Assembly (NCBI RefSeq): GCF_963921235.1
Contig: NC_086097.1
Location: forward strand, 201,440,001-201,504,000
Direction: 5' to 3'
Length of the DNA stretch: 64,000 bases
From: Mobula hypostoma
Taxonomy: Eukaryota
Numbering within the stretch: position 1 is the stretch's first letter; the number at the start of each line of letters is the position of its first letter. The notes under the pieces were generated by a model. That model was not told the DNA's origin. It searched no databases and worked only from the letters and a program-made list of their open reading frames with translations. The translations under genes and the position numbers were made by a program. Shown here piece by piece: positions 11,450-25,531 of this stretch.

Positions 11450-14400
11450 TACACATGGACTAAGATGTTAACTGTCCTGTGCTATCACCAGTGGGATCAT
11501 CAGTTGATCTGCCACCTGTCTTAAGGAGATTCGGCCCGCTTATGATCAAGACTCCTTTGAGGTGGTGGGCCAGCAGTGCTAAAGCACCACCTCCCACTGG
11601 TGAGCTTAAAAACTTGGCATCTGCCTCTATCAGAGTTGTTGGTCACTTCCATCCAACAGATAGTCTACTCTTCAGGTGTCAATGCAACTACTGAAGGGTT
11701 TGCAAGATATGTATACACTGTCTGACTATCTGCCCCTCTGGACATACTTAGTCCACACCCATGCTGATCCTTTCTCTGCTGCCTCAGCTACAGCCCTGCT
11801 GGTTGACTTGATCTCTCTTCTAGTGAAACCAAGGTCACGCAGCCACTTCTGGAGAGTGAACGCAATAAACCCACGGCAGCCTACTTTGAATGGATAGCAT
11901 GAGACCTTCCACCCTCTGTCTCTGCACTCTGATCTCAACTCTGCATACTTGGTAAACTTGCACTCATGGGCTTCAGCGATGTTGTCTTCCCAGGGGACTG
12001 TGAGTTCACCAATAACCACTTCTCTACTGGTGTCAGACCATACGATTATATCTGGACACAATGTTGTAAAACCTATTTGCTCCGGGAAACTGCCTTTCCC
12101 GTCCAAGTCAGCCTTGACACACCAATCATTGGCTGAAGAAAGTATGCTTGGTCGTTAGCCTATGCTGTACACCCTTGACTTGGAGTCTTCTTTCACAAAT
12201 GATATGCGATGTTCTGTGCAGCATGGGGCATGAGATAAGTTGTGCTGCAGTACTCTCTGCTCAATCGCTTCTGTTACAACTTTGAGAAAGTTGTTATGTC
12301 TCCACGTGTACATGCCACTGGAAAGATTGACTCTGCATGCACTCAAGATATGTTGAAGTGTTCCCTTCTCGCCACAAGCAGCACACCTGTCTGTCTTATC
12401 TTCATACCAGGTGCTGAGGTTGGCAGGTGTTGGAAGCAGATCGTACACTGCTCTGCATTAAAAAGAAATGCGGAGCGGTTCCATCTGCCACAGAACATTC
12501 CAAGATAGATGTCGTTGTTCAACACTTTCCCACCGGGTCCAAGCCCCTTGTTTGGCCAGGCCAGCTGTTTTAGTTAACCTCTTCTCCTCTTCTACCTCTC
12601 GTATTTCTTGTGTCACAAGCTCACGGCGCTCCTTACCTGTAGAAGATGACCACCACTTGTGGGTTGTCCATCCAAGTCCCTGGCAGCCTAGCTGGATAGC
12701 CCCAACCATCTCCTTGTGCTTCAATCTGGACTCTGCCTCATCAACTGCTACACTGGCTGACCACTTCCTGCCTGATCTCACATCCGGCTGGGTGTTCCTG
12801 ATGACAGGGTCTTTTGAGTCTCGAAGCATCAAGAATGATCTTACCTTGGCTACCTTGACCTCCTCAACAAGGGATTGCACTGGGATGGTAAGCTTTGTCT
12901 GGCTACTGTGGATTGCAACATTGGTGAGGCTGCTCGGTACTCCAAGCCACTTCTTCACATACTTGTTGATCTTCTGTTCCATTGCCTCAACATGGGACAT
13001 TGCCACTTCATAGACAGTTAGTGGCCACATTATCCGTGGCATCAGTCTGTACTGCAAGCACCACAACTTCAACTTGCCAGGCAAGCCACACTCGTCAACA
13101 AACATCAGACCTCTGCTGATCTGTTCTCCTGTCTCTTGAACCCTGTTGGTGTCTCTCAGCTCCTCTGTGTACCATCACCCAAGGCTCTTAACTGGTTGGT
13201 CCTGAATGGATGGAATCTCCTCTCCACAAAGGGTGAAATGAAAGTCAACCAGCTTTCCTCTCCTAAGAACAAGGCTCCTTGACTTCTTGGTCTTGAACTT
13301 CATTCTTCCCCAATCCATTAGCTCCTCGAGTCTAGATAGTACATTTTCCACTGCCTCCGTGCTGGGACCCAAAAGGGTAAGATCATCCATGAACGCTCGT
13401 ATTGGTGGTAACTCCTCTCCGCCATCAAGTGCAACACCTGGTCCCACTGATTCTGCAGCCCTTACAATGATCTCCATGGCTAACACAAAAAGGATGGGTG
13501 AAATCGCACATCCCATTGGGATTCCAACATCCAAGCTCTGCCACCTAGTTGTAAACTGCTGAGTGGAAAACCTCATCCGGAAATCGTTGTTGTACTGCAT
13601 AACAAAGTTCCTCACCTTAGCAGGAATTCATAGGAATTCCATCGCAAACTCAATCAGGACATGGGGAACAGACCCATATGCATTTGCCAGATCAAGCCAA
13701 ACTACAGCCAGATTTCTTCTCAACCTTTTTGACTCCTGGATGGTATGCCATATCATACTAGAATGTTCAAGGCATCCTGGGAAGCCTGGTATTCCTGCCT
13801 TCTGCACAGATGTATTTACTAATCCATTTTCAATCACAAATGAAGATATTCTTCCTGCCAGAATGCCAAACATAATCTTCCCCTCTACATTCAGGAGTGA
13901 AATTGGTTGGAGCTGATTCAATGTAGTAGAATTCTCTTCCTTCGGGATGTATACTCCTTCAGCCTCACTCCATGACAAAGGAACAACGCTTTGTCTCCAC
14001 ACCACCCTTAACAATCTCCACAAGTATTTCCTCAGCTCTTCACACTTCTTGAACACCTTATACGGCACTCCATTAGGTCCTGGCACTGAGCCTGACCTTG
14101 CCTTTCTGATGAACCGTTCGACTTCTGCCATTTTGGGTTCTGACAGATCGAACTTCACTCCTGGCTTGGTAGGCTTCACAAGCCCTGAAATGTCAAGCAA
14201 AGCGGCCTCCTGCTGTTCATTAGAGTAAGTGCTTGCTAGGTGATCCTCAAATTTTTGTTGAGAGATGTTAAGCTGCCCGCTCTTACTTTGTTCAAAGTTT
14301 CTTTGTGAACTCGTGAGGGTCCTCAAAGAACGACTTTCTTGCCTTCTCTCTCTTCTTTCTTTTTTTACGTTGTGACTCTGCACGACGGAGTGATGCTAAC

Positions 14401-15000
14401 TTTATTCAAAAATGCTCTCGGAGATCAGCAAGCCCTGGCTTGTCACCCTCACTTGCTACCCTCCACCTCTGTCTCAACGACCTAAGCTCTCTCCTCAACC
14501 TACTAATCTCCTTCTGGCGCCTGCTTGGTTGCTGTGTAGGCTTTGTTTTCTTCAACTCAACCAAATCAAACCTGCACTTTCCAACATGGTAAATCATATC
14601 GCCCATCACCTCCAACTTTTTCTTTGATGTTCCCCGGAGCGTGTTCTCCAACATCATACTGATATCCTCATCAAATACACGCCAAGCCTTCTCATCTGCC
14701 ATTGCTGGTCACTTGACCTTCCTCTTCTTCTCTACCTCCTCGCCACCGCCATCATGCGAAGAATCTACCTGGGTACTGTGGTCTGAAACCTGACCTGGGT
14801 TATCTCTTGTCTGACCTGGAGTATGATGACGCTCTCCAGAGCGAATTGCTGTGGCTTGTGAATCAGTAGTTGAAACGACCACATCATCTGTGCTTGGTGA
14901 AGAACTCTCACCATATATACATATATATATCTGCTCAACTGCATGTGCAAACATACCCACATGGATGTTGGTCCCCTTCCAGCTCCAATGTGACATCTTG
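11450..15000 (-). mobile_element. Near full-length HERO-like (RLE-clade) non-LTR retrotransposon, frameshifted
   Basis: GPNGVPYKVFK, WLDLANAYGSVPH, GIPMGCAISP, FMDD, CCHC knuckle CAACGEKGTLQHILSAC, RLE PDIIVW...ELTVPWE...KY...VGCRGF. Confidence 0.88.
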
Positions 15001-15710
15001 AACTTCTACAGGTTGCACATTCCCTAGATATGGTGCCAGTAATCAGAAACCTTAAACCTCAATCCGGTACTTTGCCTTTAACTACACATTTATATGACGT
15101 GTCCCCCGGACTCTTTCTCAAACATAGAATGTGAGTTATGAGGAATTATTGAAATGAATATTAAGCGTGGAAAGTTATAATATAAAGACAGAAAGTGCGG
15201 TACAGTTCTTCAAGTCTACATTGTGCCTCGTATAACAGTGCAGGAGGCCACAGACAATAGGTCATTGGGAAGGAAAATTGAAGTGACAGTGCTTACTTAT
15301 GCTTTTGTTTCATTTTATGTTTCTCACTGCTCTCATTAAACTATTCAGCTAATCAATTTATCAACAGTTTATCACCACCATAATCTTTGTTTCTCTCTTT
15401 AAAATATCATTTTTTTCATATTTCCCTTCCACATACTACCTTCAGCTTTAAACTAGCTTGTTTTCTCATTTTCACTTCTGTAAAATGATCTTTAATATGA
15501 TTGATGACTTTGTTTGATCTGTAGATGGTGCTTGACCTTTTGACTGTTTCAAGCATTTTCTGTTTAATTTCAAAATTGCACATTTTGATGTCCATACTTT
15601 TGTTGCTCTACTACTGTTTGTTGAAGCTGAAACCTGCTGCAAACTGTTGTCTGGATTCCATCTTTAAATGCCATTTGGAAAAGCATAAAAAGGAAAAATA
15701 AATAAATGGA

Positions 15711-16234
15711 TGGTGCAGTGACGACTCGATCAAATCAACACTACTTAGAGTCTGAGCATTGGGGGTTGATCCTGTATGACGTGCTCTCCAACCCAATAAC
15801 AAGGCTCGAAAGTCGAAGAATACGTTCAACTCTTTTATTAAGAAGCTAGTCGAATGAACTATCGTGAGGCAATAAAACTAATGATATAACAAAATAAACA
15901 ATCTTAGCCTATTAAACTTAAGTCAAGCATTCTTAAGTGTGTTCAAGAATATTCAAATACATTTAAGCTTATTCAAGCAATTTTAAGCGTGTGTTAAATG
16001 TAATTAAGCTGTCACCAAAAAATATATCATCCCCTAACTTACTCCATTAGCTCAACTGGCCCCCAAAGCATGAATACATAACTATACTCTTCACTTCTGC
16101 TACGTCCCAACCTTCATGACTAACTAACATAATAAATGCACAACACAAAATATAATGCAGGTAGAAAATAGATGCATAGCTCCTACATCTATCTCCTTAA
16201 TTATTATACTATATTAATAACTACATACTACCAC
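15711..16234. repeat. Possible solo LTR
   Basis: Ends catactaccaca (TGTGGTAGT on minus); short internal repeats; next to a BEL fragment; left end and TSD not resolved. Confidence 0.3.
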
Positions 16235-16386
16235 AAAACAGGAGACATGAAATATTAATACGTATGTCCTTTTCCTTCTTTTTCCAGACAAGTTATGCAA
16301 CATTCATGTAGGCCACAGCTATCAACACACAGCCCAGTACAAAGTGATCTTTACCACCTCTCTGACAGGACAGAATCATGAAGCCT

Positions 16387-17120
16387 CTAGAACTGTAGGT
16401 CCTCAAACCTCTGTAGAAGACAGATCTTGGTTATAGGCCAATCCAAAGATTTAGTCAATCTAGTTATCAGGCCAACAAAGAAACCTGAGTCGGTATGCAT
16501 CTTCCACTGGTACTTTGAACTGAAAAACATTGATTCAATATCAGCCATAATCACGACTGGTTCTTTTCTGAATCTGTTTATAACTCCAATCAGTGAACTA
16601 GTACGATCTAGTCCCTGTAACAGCTGAGCATTTATTCCCTGAAAAGTTGCTCCACAGTCAAACAGAACATGAACTTTCCCTTTTCTGGGGTGATAAACAC
16701 CATGATGTGGAAAATACCAGACATTCTCATCACTGCATTCCAGGTTTTCTGCTGAAACTCTTCCGGCATAACCTTTGGAGATGACATCCTTCATGAAAGC
16801 CGTGCAATCAGTGTGAAATGACACATCCCTCATAAACCTCTTTCTTAGATTCTGAGCACAATGTTCAGCAATCTTCCTATTATTAAGCATGTTAGCATCC
16901 TTCTTTCTCAAAGGTATACTAATCTGGTAATGACCATCCACCAGTTCTGCGCAATTTGCCACCAGCTCCATTAATGTGATCTCTTGGCAAACCAGGTTGT
17001 TCATCCTAACTGCATTCAGGGAAATCTGCCTTTAATTGCTGCTGCCAAAGCTCATCCAAGTTCAAAATAGAAGTCCTGTTAACTGTCTGCTCTGGCTGAG
17101 CATAGTCTGTTTCATCACCA
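16387..17120 (-). mobile_element. BEL/Pao LTR retrotransposon pol (RT) fragment
   Basis: WYFPHHGVYHPRKGKVHVLFDCGA...INAQLLQG...FRKEPVVIMADIESMF. Confidence 0.85.
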
Positions 17121-18237
17121 TGGGCAAGATGAGATTGGTATAAACAACTACCTATGGCTCAACTCATGATCAACTTCTAAACCTCAATACAGTTAGGAGC
17201 TGTAGACACAATGATATACATTTATCCATGCTGTATGTCTTTGATCTAAAATGTCATTCATTCTTCGACTCATTCTAGCAACTTCTTCGCACCTGATGTT
17301 AAGTTATCAAGTTTTCTGTTTGCCATGCACACTTTAAAAAAAATGTTGTGAATGACATTTGTAATTTTCCAATTCAGCAACACTGTTCCAGAATCAAGAG
17401 CTTTGAAAAGTTATTGCATCATCATGTACCCATCTTACTTGTGGCCTGGAGTATAGTTTCCAATGTATACGAGTAGGTCACCATTGTGCTTTAGCACTTT
17501 GACAAAGCAATATTGTGTATGACTGAGTCAATGTAAAATAGTACTGAAACTGACAGAAACAGTCTTTGAGATTTTATAATTATTGCATCTTTTTTCCTGA
17601 AATCTTTTGCCCTCAATTATTTAATTCTTAGTGCTGTTTAACCTTTGAAGATGGATTTTTAGCATTTACTTGGGGCAAATGCTTGTTGATGCTTCAAACT
17701 GTCTCCCCCAAAATATTCTTGAATTGCCGAAGAAATAAGGATTATAAGAGTTTTGCAATAATTTAGATCAGCCATGATTCTACTGAAAGGAAGAGCAACC
17801 TCAGGGCAGTGGAGTGTGGAGAGGCCAATTCCAAGTCCTGTTTCCTGTGTTCCATGTCTTGTGTATCTGAGTAATTTACCAGCCTGATTGTTATGCCAAT
17901 GTATATTTAAATGTGTTCCAACAGTTGATTATTCTTTTCTCCCCTCCAATACGAGCATTGAAATAAATAATAATTGATTATGATCCAAATAGTGCCTCTG
18001 TTTAAAGCCTTTCCTTTGAACTATAAAACAATAATTTCAAAATATTCACACAAATTTTTGGTAAATGTATTTGATATTTAAAAAAAAACTTGTCTTTAAA
18101 CTTGATCTAAACTTCGATTAGCTGGTTTAATATGTCAACCTTCGGTTTAACTAAAAGATCATCTTGTGCCGCAGATTCGCAATTCTGTGTGAAATGTAAA
18201 AATCAAAGTTTAAAGTAACCTTGAGCTTTGATTCAAC

Positions 18238-18640
18238 TTCAAAGTAAATTATTATCAAAGTGCATATATGTCACCATATACTTCCTTGATATTCATCTTG
18301 CAGCATTTACAGTAAGAAAAGACATACAATAGAATTTTACAAAAAAATACATATAAACAAAGATTGACAAATACCCAATGTGCAATAGGAGACAGACTTC
18401 AAGTAAAAGTAATATTGAAAACATGAATTGTAAAGAATCCTTGAAAGGAAGTCTGTAGGTGGTAGATTCAGTTAGGAGTAGTGGTGAATGAAGTTATCCA
18501 AGCCAGATCAGGAGCCTGATTATTGTCGAATAATAAATGTTCCTAAATCTGGTGGTGCGAGACCTAAGGCTTCTGTATCTCGTTTTCAATGGAAGTGACA
18601 AGAAAAGAACATGCCTGGATGGTAGGGTCTTTGATGACTG
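18238..18640 (-). mobile_element. Degenerate Rex1/Babar-like LINE 3' end
   Basis: aaagtaaattattatcaaagt start and body resemble 43176 onward. Confidence 0.6.
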
Positions 18641-18759
18641 GTTATAAGAGCATTGATGCTTTTAAAAAATCTTACATCTGTCCAATAATTTTTCATTTAA
18701 GAATATTAATATGGTAGATTGGGTTTTACAGTTAATAGTAAACAAATGGCATTAGTTTT

Positions 18760-20797
18760 ACATCATAGAATAGTACAACACAATACAGGCCCTTCGGCCC
18801 ACAATGTTGTGCCGACCCTTAAACCCTACCTCCCATATAACCCCACCCCCCACCATAAATTCCTCCATATACCTGTCTAGTAGTCTCTTAAATTTCACTA
18901 GTGTATCTGCCTCAACTACTGACTCAGGCAGTGTATTGCAGGCACCAACCACTCTTGAGTAAAAAACCTTCCTCTAATATCCCCCTTAAACTTCCCACCC
19001 CTTACCTTAAATCCACGTCCTCTTGTACTGAGCAGTGGTGCCCTGGAGAAGAGGCGCTGGCTGTCCACTCTATCTATTCTTCTTAATATCTTGTATACCT
19101 CTATCATGTCTCCTCTCATCCTTTTTCTCGCCAAAGAGTAAAGCCCTAGCTCCCTTAATCTCTGATCATAATGCATTCTCTCTAAACCAGGCAGCATCCT
19201 GGTAAATCTCCTCTGTACCCTTTCCAATGCTTCCACATCCTTCCTATAGTGAGGCGACCAGAAATGGACACAGTACTCCAAGTGTGGCCTAACCAGAGTT
19301 TTATAGAGCTGCATCATTACATCGCGACTCTTAAACTCTATCCCTCGACTTATGAAGGCTAACACCCCATAAGCTTTCTTAACTACCCTATCCACCTGTG
19401 AGGCAACTTTCAAGGATCTGTGGACATGTACCCCGAGATCCCTCTGCTCCTCCACACTACCAAGTATCCTGCCATTTACTTTGTACTCTGCCTTGGAGTT
19501 TGTCCTTCCAAAGTGTACCACCTCACACTTCTCCGGATTGAACTCCATCTGCCACTTCTCAGCCCACTTCTGCATCCTATCAATGTCTCTGCAATCTTTG
19601 ACAATCCTCTACACTATCTACAACACCACCAACCTTTGTGTCGTCTGCAAACTTGCCAACCCACCCTTCTACTCCCACATCCAGGTCGTTAATAAAAATC
19701 ACGAGAAGTAGAAGTCCCAGAACAGATCTTTGTGGGACACCACTAGTCACAATCCTCCAATCTGAATGTACTCCCTCCACCACCACCCTCTATCTTCTGC
19801 AGGCAAGCCAATTCTGAATCCACCTGGCCAAACTTCCCTGGATCCCATGCCTTCTAACTTTCTGAATAAGCCTACCGTGTGGAACCTTGTCAAATGCCTT
19901 ACTAAAATCCATATAGATCACATCCACTGCACTACCCTCATCTATATGCCTGGTCACCTCCTGAAAGAACTCTATCAGGCTTGTTAGACACTATCTGCCC
20001 TTCACAAAGCCATGCTGACTGTCCCTGATCAGACCATGATTCTCTAAATGCCGATAGATCCTATCTCTAAGAATCTTTTCCAACAGCTTTCCCACCACAG
20101 ACGTAAGGCTCACTGGTCTGTAGTTACCCAGACTATCCCTACTACCTTTTTTGAACAAGGGAACAACATTCGCCTCCCTCCAATCCTCCGGTACCATTCC
20201 CGTAGACAACGAGGACATAAAGATCCTAGCCAGAGGCTCAGCAATCGCTTCTCTCGCCTCGTGGAGCAGCCTGGGGAATATTCCATCAGGCCCCGGGGAC
20301 TTACCTGTCCTAATGTATTTTAACAACTCCAACACCTCCTGTCCCTTAATATCAACATGCTCCAGAACATCAACCTCACTCATATTGTCCTCACCATCAT
20401 CAAGTTCCCTCTCATTGGTGAATACCGAAGAGAAGTATTCATTGAGGACCTCACTCACTTCCACAGCCTCCAGGCACATCTTCCCACCTTTATCTCTAAT
20501 CGGTCCTACCTTCACTCCTGTCATCCTTTTTTTCTTCACATAATTGAAGAATGCCTTGGGGTTTTCCTTTACCCTACTCGCCAAGGCCTTCTCATGCCCC
20601 CTTCTTGCTCTTCTCAGCCCCTTCTTAAGCTCCTTTCTTGCTTCCCTATATTCCTCAATAGACCCATCTGATCCTTGCTTCCTAAACCTCATGTATGCTG
20701 CCTTCTTCCACCTGACTAGATTTTCCACCTCACTTGTCACCCATGGTTCCTTCACCCTACCATTCTTTATCTTCCTCACTGGGACAAATTTATCCCG
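18760..20797 (-). mobile_element. CR1 LINE ORF2 (RT and 3' end), young family
   Basis: KSPGPDG, NYRPVSLTS, QHGF, FADD, LVRPHLEYC. Confidence 0.95.
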
Positions 20798-21550
20798 ACA
20801 GGACCTCCTCCCTTTTTGTAACCATTTCATTGGTACCAATATGTACCACGACTTCTGGCTACTGACCCTCCCTTTTCAGTATATTGCGAACACGTTCAGA
20901 AACATCTCGGACCCTGGTACCTTGGAGGCAAACTATCATCCTTTTCACATCTACAGAATTGCTCATCTCTTCCCCTAACTATGGAATTCCCTATTAATGC
21001 TGCCATTCTCTTCAGTTTCCTGCCCTTCAGAGCCACAGGACCAATTCAGTGCCAGAGGCATGTCCTCTGTTGCTTTCCCTGGTAGGTCAATCCCCCCCCA
21101 ACTGTTCTCAGAATGGAGTACTTACTGTTGCGGGGGGGGGGGGGGGGGGGACAGCCACAGGGTGCTCTTCACTAGTTGACATTCTCCTTTCCCTCTCCTG
21201 ACAGTCATCCATTTACCTGCCTCCTGTAGCCTTGGGGTGACTACTTCCCTGTAGCTCCTGCCTATCACTGTTTCATTTTGTCTAACAAGTCGGTCATCGA
21301 GCTGCAGCTCTGTTCCTTAATGTGGTCCCCGAGGAGCTGCATCTTGAGGCACCTGGTGCAGATTTGCCCATTATGAAGGCTGGTACCCACATCTGACACC
21401 CTCTTCTGCACTATATCCACAGTCTCTATATCCTTCCAATAGTGGGGTGACCAGAAATGGATATAACAATTCCAATCATGATTTTGAGAAAAGTTTTCTA
21501 TAGCTGCAACATGACTTCCTTAATGTTATGATCAATACCCCTACCAATAT
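20798..21550 (-). mobile_element. CR1 ORF1 and other CR1 fragments
   Basis: Complement of HIGTN and GAKVRDV esterase motifs. Confidence 0.7.
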
Positions 21551-21559
21551 ATATTAGGA

Positions 21560-22065
21560 TGCTCTTCATTGAATATCGCTCTGCATTCAATACTACCATC
21601 CCCTCAAAACTAATCAATAAGCTCCAACACCTCGATCTCAATACCTCCTTATGCAACTAGATCCTCAATTTCCTCACTTTCAGGCCTCAGTCAGTTTGGA
21701 TTGGCAACAACATCTCCTCCACAATCACCATTAGCACACTTTCACCAGAAGGCTATGTGCTTAGCTCCCTGCTCTACTCACTTTATATGTATGATTGTCA
21801 GATTAAGCACAGATCCAATACCATATTTAAACTTGCTGATGATACCACCATCATTGGCCAAATCAAAGGTGGTGACAAATCAATCTATAGGAAGGAGATT
21901 GAAAATTTCTCTGAATGGTGCCATGAAAACAACCTCTCGCTCAATGACAGCAAAACCAAAGGGTTGATTATTGACTACAGGAGGAGGAAACTGGAGGTAC
22001 ATGACCTAGTTCTCATCAGGGATCAGAGGTGGAGAGGGTCAGCAACTTTAAATTCCTTGGCATTA
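21560..22065 (+). mobile_element. Rex1/Babar-like RT fragment
   Basis: LSSLLYSLYMYDC, FKLADDTT, SKTKGLIIDYR. Confidence 0.8.
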
Positions 22066-22069
22066 TCCT

Positions 22070-22655
22070 TTCGGCTCAGGATGTCTGACCCTCCAAGGGA
22101 GGAGTTGTAAAGTTTGATGGCCACAGGCAAGAATAACTTCCTATGACGCTCTGTGCTGCATCTCGGAGGAATGAGTCTCTGGCTGAACGTACTCCTGTGC
22201 CCACCCAGTACATCATGTAGTGGATGGGAGACATTGACCAAGATGGCATGCAACTTGGACAGCATCCTCCTTTCAGACACCACCGTGAGAGAGTCCAGTT
22301 CCATCCCCACAACATCACTGGCCTTACGAATGAGTTTGTTGATTCTGTTGGTGTCTGCTACCCTCAGCCTGCTGCCCCAGCACACAACAGCAAACATGAT
22401 AGCACTGGCCACCACAGACTCGTAGAACATCCTCGGCATTGTCTGGCAGATGTTAAATGACCTCATTCTCCTCAGGAAATAGAGACAGCTCTGACCCTTC
22501 TTGTAGACAGCCTCAGTGTTCTTAGACCAGTCCAGTTTATTGTCAATTCGTATCCCCAGGTATTTGTAACCCTCCATCATGTCCACTCTGACCCCCTGGA
22601 TGGAAACAGGGGTCACCGGTACCTTAGCTCTCCTCAGGTCTACCACCAGCTCCTA
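22070..22655 (-). mobile_element. Rex1/Babar-like LINE 3' fragment
   Basis: YKYLGIRIDNKLDWS, LYFLRR; same family as 31105-32283. Confidence 0.85.
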
Positions 22656-23149
22656 ACAAAGGGGATGAGTACTCTATCAGCCTCACAAGTTTGTGTTTTA
22701 AGTTTTAGTCAATTGCTGACAGGCTTTGGAATTTTTCTTTTGATTTGACATGATGCACAATGTTTCGTAGATTAGCTTAGAAAATCTACTTCAATATGTT
22801 TTAAATTTAGGAAACGAAACAGTAAAATATTAAAATAGTTGTGGGACTGAATGCTTTTTCAAGGCACTGTAGCTGTGATGTTGCAGATCACTCACCACAA
22901 CCTCACGAGTTCCTTTTGGCCTTTGGCCCAGTGCCAATGAGAAGTTTATTTCCAAATCTTTTAAAGTCCTTCTGTCATGTTAAATCGGGAGTGTGATGGG
23001 ATACTCATTAATCCAATAGATTTTTGCAAGTACAATAACATTGACCCAGTATTCACAACTCTGAATATCCTCTACAGGATGTAGCTCCCTATGTCTGCTT
23101 CATCAGCATCTAGTTTCCTTGTGGTCTTTCAAAAAGGAAGCACAAAAGT

Positions 23150-23445
23150 GCAAGGGTTAGTGCTGCTGTCACACATCTTCAGCAGCTTGAGTTTGTTCCT
23201 AATCTAGACTGTTAATTGTGTGGAGATTGAATATTCCCCTTCTTGCCATGTAGGGCATTTTGTTTTTTTTATACATCATATAGGCAGGTTTACATCTTCC
23301 TACAGATTAAATGGTTGCAGCAGAGTCAGGAGGAAGATGATGGATGTATGAAATAGAATAAGCTACAGGGAAATAAGTTGGGGAATGGGGCGATGGAAAT
23401 ACACTGAGAATCAGCACAGACTCGATGGGCTAAATGGGTTCCTTC
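23150..23445 (+). mobile_element. Degenerate tRNA-derived SINE with CR1-like tail
   Basis: ggttagtgctgctgtcacac head, tgtgtggag core, gactcgatgggctaaatgg tail. Confidence 0.5.
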
Positions 23446-23769
23446 TGAGGTGTTACAAAATAAGAGAAATAAGATAAGAAATATCACTGTGATCTCATAG
23501 CCCTAACACCCTGAAGTTGCACAATATTCAGATTTGAACTGTTTTTCATATTCAGTGAGTCAATTTAATCATAATTTTCAAGCAGTTCACAAATGCTGCT
23601 CAGTTTCTCGGGGCAGTTGGAAATGGGTGAATTTCTTGTGTTTCGAATTGGCAATACATATCACTTGTCAAATTCACCCATAGATCAAACATACATTAAA
23701 AGGAAACAAAGTAATTCCTTGGTTTAGGCTTTACTTGCAGTGTGAATCAGAATTTGCATCAGAGAGGAC

Positions 23770-25087
23770 AGGAAAATTTTTAATTGGGGAAGGGCAAATT
23801 ATGAGGCTATAAGGCTAGAACTTACGGGTGTGAATTGGGATGATGTTTTTGCAGGGAAATGTACTATGGGCATGTGGTCGATGTTTAGAGATCTCTTGCA
23901 GGATGTTAGGGATAAACTTGTCCCGATGAGGAAGATAAAGAATGGTAGGGTGAAGGAACCATGGGTGACAAGTGAGGTGGAAAATCTAGTCAGGTGGAAG
24001 AAGGCAGCATACATGAGGTTTAGGAAGCAAGGATCAGATGGGTCTATTGAGGAATATAGGGAAGCAAGAAAGGAGCTTAAGAAGGGGCTGAGAAGAGCAA
24101 GAAGGGGACATAAGAAGGCCTTGGCGAGTAGACCTCTACTTTTCATGATTTTTATTAATGACCTGGATGTGGGGGTAGAGGGGAGGGTTGGCAAGTTTGC
24201 AGACGACACAAAGGTTGGTGGTGTTGTAGTGTAGAGGGTTGTCGAAGATTGCAGAGAGACATTGATAGGATGCAGAAGTGGGCTGAGAAGTGCCAGATGG
24301 AGTTCAACCCGGAGAAGTGTGAGGTGGTACACATTGGAAGGACAAACTCCATGGCAGAGTACAAAGTAAATGGCAGGATACTTGTTAGTGTGGAGGAGCA
24401 GAGGGATCTGGGGGTACATGTCCACAGATCCCTGAAAGTTGCCTCACAGGTGGATAGGGTAGTTAAGAAAGCTTATGGGGTGTTAGCTTTCAGAAGTCGA
24501 GGGATAGAGTTTAAGAGTCGCAATGTAATGATGCAGCTCTATAAAACTCTGGTTAGGCCACAATTGGAGTACTGTGTCCATTTCTGGTTGCCTCAATATA
24601 GGAAGAATGTGGAAGCATTGGAAAGGGTACAGTGGAGATTTACCAGGATGCTGCCTGGTTTAGAGAGTATGCATTATGATCAGAGATTAAGGGAGCTAGG
24701 GCTTTACTCTTTGGAGAGAAGGAGGATGAGAGGAGACATGATAGAGATGTACAAGATAATAAGAGGAATAGGTAGACTGGATAGCCAGCGCCTCTTCCCC
24801 AGGGCACCACTGCTCAATACAAGAGGACATGGCTTTGAGGTAAGGGGTGGGAAGTTCAAGGGGGATATTAGAGGAAGGTTTTTTACTCAGAGAGTGGTTG
24901 GTGCGTGGAATGCACTGCCTGAGTCAGTGGTGGAGGCAGATACACTAGTGAAGTTTAAGAGACTACTAGACAGGTATATGGAGGAATTTAGGTGGGGGGG
25001 TTATATGGGAGGCAGGGTTTGAAGGTCGGCACAACATTGAGGGCCGAAGGGCCTGTAATGTGCTGTATTATTCTATGTTCTATGTTC
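23770..25087 (+). mobile_element. CR1 LINE with internal deletion (junction ~24130)
   Basis: Same family as 18760-20797; ALASR is joined directly to PLLFMIFINDLD; TTCTATG tail. Confidence 0.92.
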
Positions 25088-25531
25088 ACAGGAACCATCT
25101 GTTAAACTCCTGAAGTTTGCAGATGACACAAATGTCATTGGCCTTATCCGAGACGGTGATGAGTCTGCATACAGATGGGTGGTGGAACGGCTGGCCCTCT
25201 GGTGTGGTCAGAACAATCTGGAGCTAAATACGCTCAAGACTGTGGAGATAACAGTGGACTTCAGGAGGAGCCCCCCAGTACTCCCCCCACTCACTATACT
25301 CAACAGTATTCTGTCTGCTGTGGAGACCTTCAGGTTTCTGGGTCTGAAGTGGACACCCAACGCAGACACACTTATCAAAAAGGCTCAGCAGAGGTTGTAT
25401 TTCCTACGTCAACTCAGGAAGTACAACCTGCCTCAGGAGCTGCTGATTCAATTCTATTCAGGAATAATCCAGTCTGTTCTCTGTTCGTCCATCACTGTCT
25501 GGTTTGGATCAGCTACCAAACAAGACAAGAA

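Noticed and set aside
12468..13013. Long + strand ORFs opposite LINE coding regions
   Set aside because: Antisense shadows of TE ORFs with no independent evidence.
15711..15731. TGGTGCAGTGACGACTCG as a tRNA-His-type PBS
   Set aside because: No upstream LTR end recognised, and its orientation conflicts with the nearby minus-strand BEL fragment.
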